A DNA stretch of 64,000 bases from the NCBI GenBank assembly GCA_030916965.1, contig JAUPVQ010000012.1:776-64775 (forward strand), read 5' to 3'. A program made the translations under genes and the position numbers. A model generated the notes under the pieces. It saw only the letters and a program-made list of their open reading frames with translations, did no database searches and was not told the origin of the DNA. Within the stretch, counting starts at the first letter, position 1, and each line of letters opens with the position of its first letter. Below are positions 48,292 to 57,572 of this stretch, one piece after another. The stretch is from Patescibacteria group bacterium. Lineage in GTDB: Bacteria; Patescibacteriota; Minisyncoccia; Phycocordibacterales; UBA9973.

Positions 48292-48768
48292 TTAAGACAT
48301 TGTTTGTTGATCTTGTAAAAAGCTTATCTCGCCTTCATATTTTGTTCTACCTTGCAATCGCTTTGTTACCGATACAAAACTCCCAATTACTACAATATGA
48401 AAGAGAGGGACAATTATAGTTCCACCATATTGCCAGCATAAAAATCCTAGTCCGGCTTCAGTTGCAACACCAGGCACGAACCAACCAACAAAAACTGAAA
48501 GAAACAATACTATTGATACTACCGTATACAAAATATATTTTTTAAAATTTAAAAACATTCCCAAAAATACAATCAAAATAGAGTTTGCAAAAAAATAAAT
48601 ATCCATAGGGCTATTTCTTAAATTATAAAACTCAGAAAAATCCAAATACATTGGGAAATTACCTATCCTTAATGTAAGATGTACAATTGTTAACCAAACA
48701 GACAATATTCCAACAATTATACAAAATATTGCCCATCGATTTCGTTTTTTATCTAAAATAATTTGCAT
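48292..48768 (-). CDS. 4-TM membrane protein (158 aa)
   Basis: Hydrophobic profile. 3 nt from the next gene. Confidence 0.5.
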   Translation of the reverse strand: MQIILDKKRNRWAIFCIIVGILSVWLTIVHLTLRIGNFPMYLDFSEFYNLRNSPMDIYFFANSILIVFLGMFLNFKKYILYTVVSIVLFLSVFVGWFVPGVATEAGLGFLCWQYGGTIIVPLFHIVVIGSFVSVTKRLQGRTKYEGEISFLQDQQTMS

Positions 48769-48813
48769 ACATGTATTGTATCATCTATAAAACAAACTAC
48801 AATCAAAATTTAT

Positions 48814-49548
48814 TTATTTCATGCCTCTTACTAGCTCGATTTCTGATTTTAGCTTTGTTTCGACATCCTTTGAGCTTTTTATAAAGTCTACAACGGTAAA
48901 GCCGTGGTTGGATGTTAGTTCGTCGCTATGATCAGGGGTTGAATTAAATAATGCCGATTTATTACCTGCTGAAAAATTATCCTCTTTTATTAAATCCGGA
49001 TTATTATAATTGCTAATTCCAAAAATATTCTCATTGACAACAAAAAGCTTTCCGTTCGCGCAAATACTCTTACTCTCAGCTTTAAACATAGTCTCGCTAG
49101 TTGGGGGTAGAGTATTAGTTTTGTTTTTTGTTTTTTGATACATTATGATTGCATTTTTGTCACCAAAAGATGCTAGCCTTGATTTATAGTAAATATGCTC
49201 CGAGGAATCTACCTCCCACTTATTTTGAGGTGCTTCTTTGTAAGATTGAAGCAAGTTATGTTTCTTGGCTTCAGCAAATAGGACATCCGAAAGACTATCA
49301 CAGGCCTCTTTGTGCTTATTTATTTCAATTGTTTGCTCTTGTGTAAGCTTTATATTTTGGGTTGCACATTCTACCTTTTTTTGTTGTGCCTCTGAATAAC
49401 CAAAAGATGCTAGAAATAATGCCGATGCCACACCGAACCTCTTAAGTGAAGTGCGTAAAGATTCAAAAGTAGTCGGATCAGTATTTTCCTTGACCTCATT
49501 TTTGTTATTTAGAACATTGTCTTGTGATGCAAAATTAAATTTTTCCAT
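48814..49548 (-). CDS. Hypothetical secreted or membrane-anchored protein (244 aa)
   Basis: Hydrophobic signal-anchor LKRFGVASALFLASFGYSEA after a 35-aa N-terminal stretch. Cys-containing soluble domain. Confidence 0.45.
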   Translation of the reverse strand: MEKFNFASQDNVLNNKNEVKENTDPTTFESLRTSLKRFGVASALFLASFGYSEAQQKKVECATQNIKLTQEQTIEINKHKEACDSLSDVLFAEAKKHNLLQSYKEAPQNKWEVDSSEHIYYKSRLASFGDKNAIIMYQKTKNKTNTLPPTSETMFKAESKSICANGKLFVVNENIFGISNYNNPDLIKEDNFSAGNKSALFNSTPDHSDELTSNHGFTVVDFIKSSKDVETKLKSEIELVRGMK

Positions 49549-49587
49549 GGGTTAATTATAACATGGCCTACATGCAATACAATAAAA

Positions 49588-49622
49588 AATACCCTTGATT
49601 GTTCAGGGGTATTTTTTTAAAA
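49588..49622 (-). terminator. Strong intrinsic terminator directly after rplB
   Basis: AAAAATACCCCTGAACAATCAAGGGTATTTTTT (minus-strand sense). Confidence 0.6.
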
Positions 49623-50474
49623 CTATTTTGATTTTCTTGATTTTCCAACTTTTCTTCGAGATACAACAAACATGTTTGAGTATTTCTTTGGTGTTCGAGT
49701 CTTTTGGCCTTTACCTGTTGGCTTACCATACACACTCTTGGCACGGCGTAGTCCTCGTCCTTGTGCACCTTCACCTCCTCCGTATGGGTGATCCACTGGG
49801 TTCATGGCACTACCTCGAACTGTTGGACGGATACCCTTCCATCGGCTCTTGCCGGCTTTACCAAAGTTTTGAAGAATGTATTCTGAATTTCCAACTTCAC
49901 CGATTGTTGCCCAACATTTCTCGCTAACTTTGCGAACTTCTGTTGAAGGCATTTTCAAGTTTGTATATCCATTGTCATTTGCCACAACTTGCGCAAATGT
50001 ACCAGCACTGCGAACCATCTTTGCACCATTACCTGGCTTGACCTCTACGTTGTATACAAATGTACCAACTGGGATCACTGATAGTGGCAAACGGTTAAGT
50101 GTAGTAAGTGGAGCCTTTTCGGATACCATAAACTTGTCTCCTACTTTGATAGATTTTGGTAGTACTGTGTAGCGCTTCTCACCATCGGCATATACTGCCA
50201 ATCCTATGAATGCATTACGGTTCGGATCATATTCAACAGTTGTGATCTTTGCAGGGATATCATGCTTGTTGTACATGAAGTCTACATCTCGGTATAGGCG
50301 CTTGTTACCACCACCTTTGTGGCGAGTAGTAATACGGCCTTGGTTGTTGCGTCCTACAGAGCGCTTGAATCCATGTGTCAGAGACTTCTCTGGAGTACTT
50401 GTAGTCAAGACACCTCGGTATGTAACTGTAGTCTCGTGACGCTTTGATGGAGTTGTTGGTCTATATGTTTTCAT
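49623..50474 (-). CDS. rplB: Ribosomal protein uL2
   Basis: 283 aa. GRNNQGRITTRHKGGG...PVDHPYGGGEG. Confidence 0.92.
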   Translation of the reverse strand: MKTYRPTTPSKRHETTVTYRGVLTTSTPEKSLTHGFKRSVGRNNQGRITTRHKGGGNKRLYRDVDFMYNKHDIPAKITTVEYDPNRNAFIGLAVYADGEKRYTVLPKSIKVGDKFMVSEKAPLTTLNRLPLSVIPVGTFVYNVEVKPGNGAKMVRSAGTFAQVVANDNGYTNLKMPSTEVRKVSEKCWATIGEVGNSEYILQNFGKAGKSRWKGIRPTVRGSAMNPVDHPYGGGEGAQGRGLRRAKSVYGKPTGKGQKTRTPKKYSNMFVVSRRKVGKSRKSK

Positions 50475-50480
50475 ATTATT

Positions 50481-50801
50481 TTATGCAAATGCAATTTTAT
50501 CACCCTTTTTTAAATACACGACCGCCTTTTTACCACCAGATTTTGTACCAAGTCTACCACCACGGAATGTTGTCTTTTCTTTTCGGATAGTTATAGAAAT
50601 TTTTACAGGTGTAACCTTGTACATTGCCTTGATAGCTTTTGCTACTTCACTCTTGTTTGTAGTTGTCGCTACATTGAAAGTGTATCGTCCCTTCTCAGAG
50701 CCGAGAGCACTCTTTTCTGTAATACGGCTACCGAGGATAACAGAATTGTTTTTTACTTCCTTTACTTTTACTTCTTTAATTTTTTTTGTTGTTGTAGCCA
50801 T
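50481..50801 (-). CDS. rplW: Ribosomal protein uL23
   Basis: 106 aa. Confidence 0.88.
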   Translation of the reverse strand: MATTTKKIKEVKVKEVKNNSVILGSRITEKSALGSEKGRYTFNVATTTNKSEVAKAIKAMYKVTPVKISITIRKEKTTFRGGRLGTKSGGKKAVVYLKKGDKIAFA

Positions 50802-50804
50802 ATA

Positions 50805-51488
50805 TTATTTCTTATTTATCTTACCACCCAAGAAAGCAAAGCTCTCTACTGGCTGTGATATAACTATAAATTTATATGTTAATAGATCAACCGGATTAAT
50901 ATTACGAATCTCGTCTACAACTACAGTTGGCAAGTTAGCAAAACTCTTCTTTACATTTTCGCCTTTTGCTGGAAGTGTAATATAAGTATTTGGCTTCTTG
51001 CTACCAACCATTCTTTCGTATCCTTTTATTTTAGCTAAATCATGTAATACAGATTGAGCGTCTTTTGTTTTGATTTTTGAGAAGTTTAGTTCCTCTACAA
51101 AAAGAACTTGCCCTTTGCGAACTTTCTCTGAAAGTACAGTATAAAGTGCTTTGACTTTCATCTTTTTGTTTACTTTTTGTGTATAAACTCTGTCATTACG
51201 AGGACCATGAGTAATACCTCCACCAATCCAGATTGGTGATCGTGTAGATCCATGACGAGCTCGTCCTGTACCCTTTTGCTTCCATGGCTTCTTGCCTCCA
51301 CCACGCACTTCTCCACGAGTCTTTGTGTGTGCAACTGGTGTACGAGCATTTGCTTGCATTGCCATTACTGTTTGATGTACTAAGTCGGCATTCCAAGGAA
51401 GACCAAATATAGATTCTGGCAACTTCATTGTACCCACTTCTTTTCCTTTTTGATTGTATATTTGTGTTTCCATATAATTAACCGACAA
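50805..51488 (-). CDS. rplD: Ribosomal protein uL4
   Basis: 227 aa. RGGGKKPWKQKGTGRARHGS. Confidence 0.9.
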   Translation of the reverse strand: MSVNYMETQIYNQKGKEVGTMKLPESIFGLPWNADLVHQTVMAMQANARTPVAHTKTRGEVRGGGKKPWKQKGTGRARHGSTRSPIWIGGGITHGPRNDRVYTQKVNKKMKVKALYTVLSEKVRKGQVLFVEELNFSKIKTKDAQSVLHDLAKIKGYERMVGSKKPNTYITLPAKGENVKKSFANLPTVVVDEIRNINPVDLLTYKFIVISQPVESFAFLGGKINKK

Positions 51489-52080
51489 TTTCTACGAGCG
51501 TACCACGTCGTCCTGGAATTGCACCTTTAATTAATAATTGATTATTATCGGCATCAACTCCAACAATTTTTAAGTTCTTGATTGTGATACGGTCTCCACC
51601 TGTGCGTCCTGCCATGCGCATACCTTTTGGTACACGATTTCGCAATCCTCCACCGATAGATCCTGGTTCGCGTTCTGAGTGCTTCTGACCGTGTGATCGT
51701 GGTCCTCCATGGAATCCATGACGCTTGATAACACTTTGGAATCCTTTACCTTTTGAGATACCAGATACAACCACAACATCACCTTTGGCAAAGCTTGAAA
51801 CATCTACTTTGTCCCCTATATTGAGGTCTACACCAACATCACGAAATTCGTGCAAGTGTTTAAATGCGCCAGTTTTTACATGACCAAGGTGTGCTTTGTT
51901 TGCACGCTTTTCTTTTTGAGCTTCAAAACCAAATTGGAATGCTGAATATCCATCTGTTTCTTTGTTTTTGATTTGAGTCACTACGATTGGGCCCGCATTT
52001 ACCAATGTTGCTGGAATCACAGTTCCGTCAACATCAAAATACTGCACCATATGCTGTTTTTTTCCTAGAATAAATTTCAT
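51478..52080 (-). CDS. rplC: Ribosomal protein uL3
   Basis: 200 aa. FKGDVVVVSGISKGKGFQSVIKRHGF. Confidence 0.9.
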   Translation of the reverse strand: MKFILGKKQHMVQYFDVDGTVIPATLVNAGPIVVTQIKNKETDGYSAFQFGFEAQKEKRANKAHLGHVKTGAFKHLHEFRDVGVDLNIGDKVDVSSFAKGDVVVVSGISKGKGFQSVIKRHGFHGGPRSHGQKHSEREPGSIGGGLRNRVPKGMRMAGRTGGDRITIKNLKIVGVDADNNQLLIKGAIPGRRGTLVEIVG

Positions 52081-52085
52081 AAAAT

Positions 52086-52439
52086 TTACATCATCTTCAC
52101 ATCAATATCAACGCCTGACGGGAGAGACATGTTAGTTAGAGCTTCGATTGTCTTTGGATTTGGGTTCAAGATATCGATGACACGCTTGTGTGTACGAATT
52201 TCAAACTGCTCGCGAGCATTTTTAAACACAAAGGATGCACGGTTTACTGTATACTTTTTGATTTCAGTTGGAAGAGGTATTGGTCCTACAATAGTTGCAT
52301 CATAGCGTAGAGCTGTATCAATAATTTGCTTGACTGAAGTGTCAAGAATCTTGTTCTCGTATGCTCTTACACGGATGCGTAGTCGAACTACACCTTCTTC
52401 TTTCTTAATTTTTTCTTTTTTTACGGTCTTTGTTGCCAT
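52086..52439 (-). CDS. rpsJ: Ribosomal protein uS10
   Basis: RLRIRVRAYENKILD...GPIPLPT. Confidence 0.9.
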   Translation of the reverse strand: MATKTVKKEKIKKEEGVVRLRIRVRAYENKILDTSVKQIIDTALRYDATIVGPIPLPTEIKKYTVNRASFVFKNAREQFEIRTHKRVIDILNPNPKTIEALTNMSLPSGVDIDVKMM

Positions 52440-52476
52440 ACATTTGTGAATTTTTTAAATCCAAATTTTAAAGAGC

Positions 52477-53676
52477 TTAAGCAGTAATCTTTGTTACAAC
52501 ACCAGCTCCGACAGTCTTGCCACCTTCACGGATTGCGAAACGTTGCTGATCTTCTAGCGCTACTGGAGTTACCAATTTAACAGATAGTTTAACTGTATCA
52601 CCTGGCATAACCATTTCTACTCCTGCTGGTAATGCAGCCTCCCCTGTTACATCAGTAGTACGGATGTAGAATTGTGGCTTGTATCCAGTAAAGAATGGAG
52701 TGTGGCGACCACCTTCCTCCTTTTTCAAGATATAAACTTCACATTCAAATGCTGAGTGAGGAGTCACAGTACCTGCTTTTGCAAGAACTTGTCCGCGTGT
52801 TAGGTCTTCTTTCTTTACACCGCGAAGTAGGATTCCAGCGTTGTCGCCAGCCATACCCTCTTTCAAGTTTTTGTTGAACATTTCGATACCAGTAACAGTA
52901 GTCTTTGCTGTGTCTTTGATACCAACGATTTCGATTTCTTCACCTACCTTAACAATTCCGCGCTCGATTTTACCTGTAACAACTGTTCCACGGCCTTCGA
53001 TAGAGAATATATCTTCGATTGGCATAAGGAATGGCTTTGTAACATCACGCTCTGGAACTGGGATATATGTATCAAGAGCATTTACAAGCTCCAATACTTT
53101 CTTTGCCCATTCATCGTTGTTGTCAGCTGACTCAAGAGCTTTCAAGCCTGATCCACGGATAACTGGAGCATTTGCGCCATCAAAACCTTGTTTTGTAAGC
53201 AATTCACGGATTTCTTCTTCTACCATGTCTATCATGTCTTTGTCATCAACCATGTCGCATTTGTTTAAGAATACGATGATCTTTGGAACACCAACTTGTT
53301 TTGCAAGCAATACGTGCTCACGAGTTTGTGGCATAGCTCCGTCTGTTGCGGCAACTACCAATACAGCACCGTCCATTTGGGCAGCACCTGTGATCATGTT
53401 CTTGATATAGTCAGCGTGACCTGGCGCATCGATGTGCGCGTAGTGACGAGTAGGAGTTTCGTATTCGTTGTGAGAAAGCGCGATAGTAATACCACGAGCC
53501 TTTTCTTCTGGAGCGGAGTCAATTGCATCAACGCCTTTTAATTTAGCTGAGAAGCCATCCCCTGCACGAGCAAGGATACTTAGAATAGCTGCTGTTAATG
53601 TTGTTTTCCCGTGGTCAACGTGGCCAATAGTACCTACGTTTACATGGGGCTTTGAACGGTTAAATTCTTCTGCCAT
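52477..53676 (-). CDS. tuf: Elongation factor Tu
   Basis: 399 aa. [25 protein letters not shown]. Confidence 0.95.
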   Translation of the reverse strand: MAEEFNRSKPHVNVGTIGHVDHGKTTLTAAILSILARAGDGFSAKLKGVDAIDSAPEEKARGITIALSHNEYETPTRHYAHIDAPGHADYIKNMITGAAQMDGAVLVVAATDGAMPQTREHVLLAKQVGVPKIIVFLNKCDMVDDKDMIDMVEEEIRELLTKQGFDGANAPVIRGSGLKALESADNNDEWAKKVLELVNALDTYIPVPERDVTKPFLMPIEDIFSIEGRGTVVTGKIERGIVKVGEEIEIVGIKDTAKTTVTGIEMFNKNLKEGMAGDNAGILLRGVKKEDLTRGQVLAKAGTVTPHSAFECEVYILKKEEGGRHTPFFTGYKPQFYIRTTDVTGEAALPAGVEMVMPGDTVKLSVKLVTPVALEDQQRFAIREGGKTVGAGVVTKITA

Positions 53677-53813
53677 ATATGTTTATTGGTTGATAATCAA
53701 AATACAGGTTACGAGACACTATATTAAAATTACCAACATAAATTAAATAATAAAAAGCGCAAAATGTGCGATTACCCTATACTAGCAAATTGTGGGATTT
53801 TGTCAAATTTTGT

Positions 53814-55280
53814 TTATTCAAAAATATCTTGCTTGTTTTCATCCACTTCTGGCTTAATCTCAAGCTTTGTTTCTGGCATTTGCACTATTGGTGTTTGCAC
53901 TACTGGCACAGCCAACTCTGGGGTTGTGTTGGTTTTTACCTCAGGGACCGCTTTTATTTCTTCTGTTTTTTCATCTTTTGCATCCATTACTTCCTCTACC
54001 TCTTTTACAACCTCGGCTACACTTTCACCCTTTTTGCCTTGAAGCAAATGTGATATTACTTGTAATTTGCGCAATACTTTGTGACCCCATAGATAATGAG
54101 TAAGGTAGAGCAATACCAGTAGTAGAAGTAACAACAACAACATAATACTTGAATTATTTGTAAACCATCGCGCAAGGGCTGTAGGTGGGCGAACAGAAGT
54201 TTGTATATCTGTACTGTTACCTGCCATATCATATGCACGGATAATTACACGAGAATTTGCTACAGCAGAAACGGGCACTTGGTACGGACTCTCGGAACGC
54301 ACAAAAATTGGAGAAGAAGTCTCCCCTTGAGTTTTGTCGATTACACCAATCTCATAATGATCTATACCCGATAGACTGTCTGTGCTGAAGAATGAAACTA
54401 ATGCTTTATCAATATTGTCAGTTTTTATATAATCAACTTTTGGCTTAAATTTAGCAGGGGCTGTTGTATCTATTCGAAATAGATAATGTGTAGTTGTGCC
54501 CCATGCTCCACCCTCATTGAGTGATTTGATATGGAAATACCACAAGCCATCGGTTAGATCTTGGTACGACTTAGAAGTTTCGTTTAGTATATTTTTATTA
54601 TCTGGAATAGTATTTGGCTTGTTGTCTAGGATATAACTAAAGCCGACAATTTTGGGATCTTTGTTCCAGGCTACAGTTGGACTATTGTTGTTATACCAAT
54701 GATCTTGGAATTGATGGGTGTCGGAATATATTGTTAATCCCCCAGGAGATTTTGGCAGTATTGTATACAACCCACGACTACTTGTGAGGATTGCTTGTGA
54801 TCCAAGCCCATCATTTGCCAACACGTTTGAACTATCCAATACTCGAATCTCTGTTGTCCCTGTATTCTTTGCTTGAAACGTTATCGTAATGATCAATGCT
54901 GAATCAGAGACAATCCCCCCTGGAACTGTTCCCACAAAGCTTGCTGTACCGTTTGTGTTGTCATACTTTGGTGGCTGAACCCAGATACCGATAATTGATT
55001 TACCAGTAGAGGGTTTGATAATACTCAACTTATTGGGGTCAAATTTTAAATTTAACTCTATGGCATTCATGCTCTGCCCTTTTGTATTTAAAAGTATTGG
55101 TACTTCAAAAATTGACCCTTCTATAAAAGTAGCAGAACTTGGATTAACCGATATCTCAGCTCGAGCTATCAGCGTCGATGCATCTACATTTACCACCTGT
55201 TCTGCATATATAAAAGATGCATTACCAAGTAATAATATTAAACCTAATATTAATGAATGTACTTTTTTATATTTATACAT
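53814..55280 (-). CDS. Membrane-anchored surface protein with an N-terminal cohesin-like domain (paralogue 1 of 3)
   Basis: Signal peptide. ~140-aa domain NAIELNLKFDPNKLSIIK...ASFVGTVPGGI...ITITFQAKNTGTTEIRV with cohesin-like beta-sandwich periodicity. Ig-like middle domain. Poly-Leu TM helix and an acidic cytoplasmic tail. Confidence 0.55.
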   Translation of the reverse strand: MYKYKKVHSLILGLILLLGNASFIYAEQVVNVDASTLIARAEISVNPSSATFIEGSIFEVPILLNTKGQSMNAIELNLKFDPNKLSIIKPSTGKSIIGIWVQPPKYDNTNGTASFVGTVPGGIVSDSALIITITFQAKNTGTTEIRVLDSSNVLANDGLGSQAILTSSRGLYTILPKSPGGLTIYSDTHQFQDHWYNNNSPTVAWNKDPKIVGFSYILDNKPNTIPDNKNILNETSKSYQDLTDGLWYFHIKSLNEGGAWGTTTHYLFRIDTTAPAKFKPKVDYIKTDNIDKALVSFFSTDSLSGIDHYEIGVIDKTQGETSSPIFVRSESPYQVPVSAVANSRVIIRAYDMAGNSTDIQTSVRPPTALARWFTNNSSIMLLLLLLLLVLLYLTHYLWGHKVLRKLQVISHLLQGKKGESVAEVVKEVEEVMDAKDEKTEEIKAVPEVKTNTTPELAVPVVQTPIVQMPETKLEIKPEVDENKQDIFE

Positions 55281-55285
55281 ATTAA

Positions 55286-56338
55286 TTATTTTTCCTTATT
55301 ATAAATGCAGGGGCCAAATAATTTACATTTAGGATGATTACGGCAATACATTACTCTGTACCAGCCATACAATATTATTATCATTACAAAGAGTAGAATG
55401 ATTGGTATCATAAATAGGAATATATTTGTAGTTTTTGTTATTACCAATTTAGGCTCCTCTTGTACAGAAATTTGAAGCGGGATTGTTTCTATACTCTCAA
55501 CTCCTTTGGCATTACGAGCTCGGGCTACTATTGTATACATTCCTTTTCTTGCTCTGCTTTCTGAGACATATGTATAGTTTCCTCTTTCATCTGCTTTGAT
55601 AGTTGAAGTTTCATGTAAAAAATTACTACTATCCAACAATTGTGCATCTAGATTGAAGATAACATCATGCAATGGTAATGATGTACCTTTTATCACAATA
55701 AAATCATTCTCACGTACATTGTTCGAATAATCTGTAAAGATAGGTACCGGCACTATATCTATTTCTATCTCTACTTTTTCTATTGGTATAGTTGGTGTTG
55801 GTGTTGGTGTTATTTCTGGAGTTTTGATCTTTACTGATTCCGAGATATTGAAGTTGGAACCTCTTGTATTATTTAGTATTGGTGTACCTGCCCCGTCATG
55901 AGCTAGGACTGAAGCATTCTCAAATTTGATACTTGCCTTACCATTTGATTTGGCTTTAAAAAACAAAGTTAGTATGATTCCATTACTTCCTTGATACCCC
56001 GACAGTATTACTCCGTCTAGATTAAGTATTCCATTTGCGTTCGAATACGATGGCTCGACTGGCCAAACATTTACAATTGAGTCGGATTTTGAAATAGAAC
56101 TCAGAGTAAGCAAATCTTTCGAAAAAGTTACAGTACCTGATATTGCATTGGCAATCTTGTCGCTACTAGATAAAATTATCCGTGCTTTTATTGTGTCCCC
56201 TACTTGTACGCTACTAGATGCTGGAGAAATACTTAGATCTGCAGCATGAACAGTATAACTTGAGAAAATAAATAAAATTACAACCAAAAAGCAAAATACA
56301 GAATACTTAGAAAAATTTTGTTCTCTTACTATGTGCAT
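55286..56338 (-). CDS. Membrane-anchored surface protein with an N-terminal cohesin-like domain (paralogue 2)
   Basis: Signal peptide. TVTFSKDLLTLSSI...GILNLDGVILSG...ILTLFFKAKSNGKASIKF. Thr/Pro linker TPEITPTPTPT. C-terminal TM helix. Confidence 0.55.
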   Translation of the reverse strand: MHIVREQNFSKYSVFCFLVVILFIFSSYTVHAADLSISPASSSVQVGDTIKARIILSSSDKIANAISGTVTFSKDLLTLSSISKSDSIVNVWPVEPSYSNANGILNLDGVILSGYQGSNGIILTLFFKAKSNGKASIKFENASVLAHDGAGTPILNNTRGSNFNISESVKIKTPEITPTPTPTIPIEKVEIEIDIVPVPIFTDYSNNVRENDFIVIKGTSLPLHDVIFNLDAQLLDSSNFLHETSTIKADERGNYTYVSESRARKGMYTIVARARNAKGVESIETIPLQISVQEEPKLVITKTTNIFLFMIPIILLFVMIIILYGWYRVMYCRNHPKCKLFGPCIYNKEK

Positions 56339-56346
56339 ACTTAATA

Positions 56347-57201
56347 TTATACCCTATATTTACGCAAATATCGACGGTATATGTACAAAACACAAAACAT
56401 AAGCCCCACAATTAATAGAACAATTACTAATATCAGCCACTTTGATAAGAGGATTGATTCTCTTGCGTTCCCATCTGCATCAACAGCACGAACAATTACT
56501 CTGTAAAATGGGGTTTGGTATTTTAATAAATGAGGTGATTCGGATTTTATGCAATTTTGTCTACTGAATTCACATACTTCATAATAATCAATGCCTGTCC
56601 CTTTGTCCTGCGCACTATACACCAAATACCATTTATTATCATATATGTATATGTTCCTTGTCCTTTCTGTTGTGAATTTTTCTGGTTTTGTTTTATCATT
56701 TGCAATAATCTGTTCCTCAACTTGTGTTGTATTTTGAGTAATATTTAAACTACTATTATTTACGGTAACAGTATCTTTTGTGCCTTCCCCATCATTCAAG
56801 AATAGATTTATATTTTCAAGAGTTATGCCAGTCTTTCCTTCATTAACACCTCTGAAAATTACAGAAAATACATCCCCCTGAGCTATCGTTATGCCTCCAG
56901 GCACAATCCCAGAGAAATGAATCCTACCTTCATTTACAAAATTTGGCTTCTCAACCCAGAAGCTTATAAAAGAATTCCCAATGTTAATTTTCTCAACTTT
57001 TAGGAAATTTTTGTCATATACTAAATCCCCCTCAACTGTATTGATTGAATTTAATTTCGTATCTAATTGTACATTTATAGTAGAAAGTTCTCCGGTCTTT
57101 ATGTTACTCTTTTCTACTGTTAAATTGACAGACGAAGCACTCGCAACATCGCTTACAAATAGTATACATAATATTATAATTGTTAATTTAATTTTTTTCA
57201 T
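56347..57201 (-). CDS. Membrane-anchored surface protein with an N-terminal cohesin-like domain (paralogue 3)
   Basis: Signal peptide MKKIKLTIIILCILFVSDVASA. DLVYDKNFLKVEKI...RIHFSGIVPGGI...VFSVIFRGVNEGKTGITL. C-terminal TM helix. Confidence 0.55.
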   Translation of the reverse strand: MKKIKLTIIILCILFVSDVASASSVNLTVEKSNIKTGELSTINVQLDTKLNSINTVEGDLVYDKNFLKVEKINIGNSFISFWVEKPNFVNEGRIHFSGIVPGGITIAQGDVFSVIFRGVNEGKTGITLENINLFLNDGEGTKDTVTVNNSSLNITQNTTQVEEQIIANDKTKPEKFTTERTRNIYIYDNKWYLVYSAQDKGTGIDYYEVCEFSRQNCIKSESPHLLKYQTPFYRVIVRAVDADGNARESILLSKWLILVIVLLIVGLMFCVLYIYRRYLRKYRV

Positions 57202-57470
57202 ATATTTATTTTCTGACCATAAAAATACTCTTTTAGCATTCGCTTTAATAAACGACTTCCTTGGCTTGTTTTAAGATATTTTTCTCTTCTCTTTGCATCT
57301 TGTTCATTTAAATATGCTTCATAATGAATAATACTCCATGGTCGTTTGCTTTTAGTAGAAAGATTTAGACCTTTATTATGCGCTTGTAATCGTGTTTTTA
57401 AGTCAGCTGTATAGCCTTTATATAACTCGCCATTTACTTTGCTTTGTAATATATATGTGTAATAAAACAT
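57198..57470 (-). CDS. Small GIY-YIG nuclease-family protein (90 aa)
   Basis: FYYTYILQSKVNGELYKGYTADLKTRLQAHNKG...RPW. Confidence 0.8.
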   Translation of the reverse strand: MFYYTYILQSKVNGELYKGYTADLKTRLQAHNKGLNLSTKSKRPWSIIHYEAYLNEQDAKRREKYLKTSQGSRLLKRMLKEYFYGQKINI

Positions 57471-57483
57471 AAATTTTTATTTA

Positions 57484-57572
57484 TCCTGTCCACAGGGTAG
57501 TGAAAGTTGGCATAGCGCTTTGCGCGCTCCGATTAGTATCGGAGCAATGCCAACTTCTACTACCCTGTCCAA
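57484..57572. repeat. ~90-bp compound palindromic structured element
   Basis: Arms CCACAGGGTAGTGAAAGTTGGCAT / ATGCCAACTTCTACTACCCTGTCC (about 21/24 bp complementary) enclose two short hairpins (AGCGCtttGCGCGCT and CCGATtagtATCGG). Confidence 0.55.

Noticed and set aside
43098-49622. Possibility that the insert splitting the ribosomal operon is a mobile genetic element or prophage remnant
   Set aside because: I found no integrase, transposase, recombinase, terminal inverted or direct repeats, or tRNA-flank signature. Gene content is housekeeping plus membrane proteins.
52841-53410. 189-aa plus-strand ORF antisense to tuf
   Set aside because: It sits in the mirror frame of the highly conserved EF-Tu gene. 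The composition is low-complexity Ser-rich and there is no independent support.
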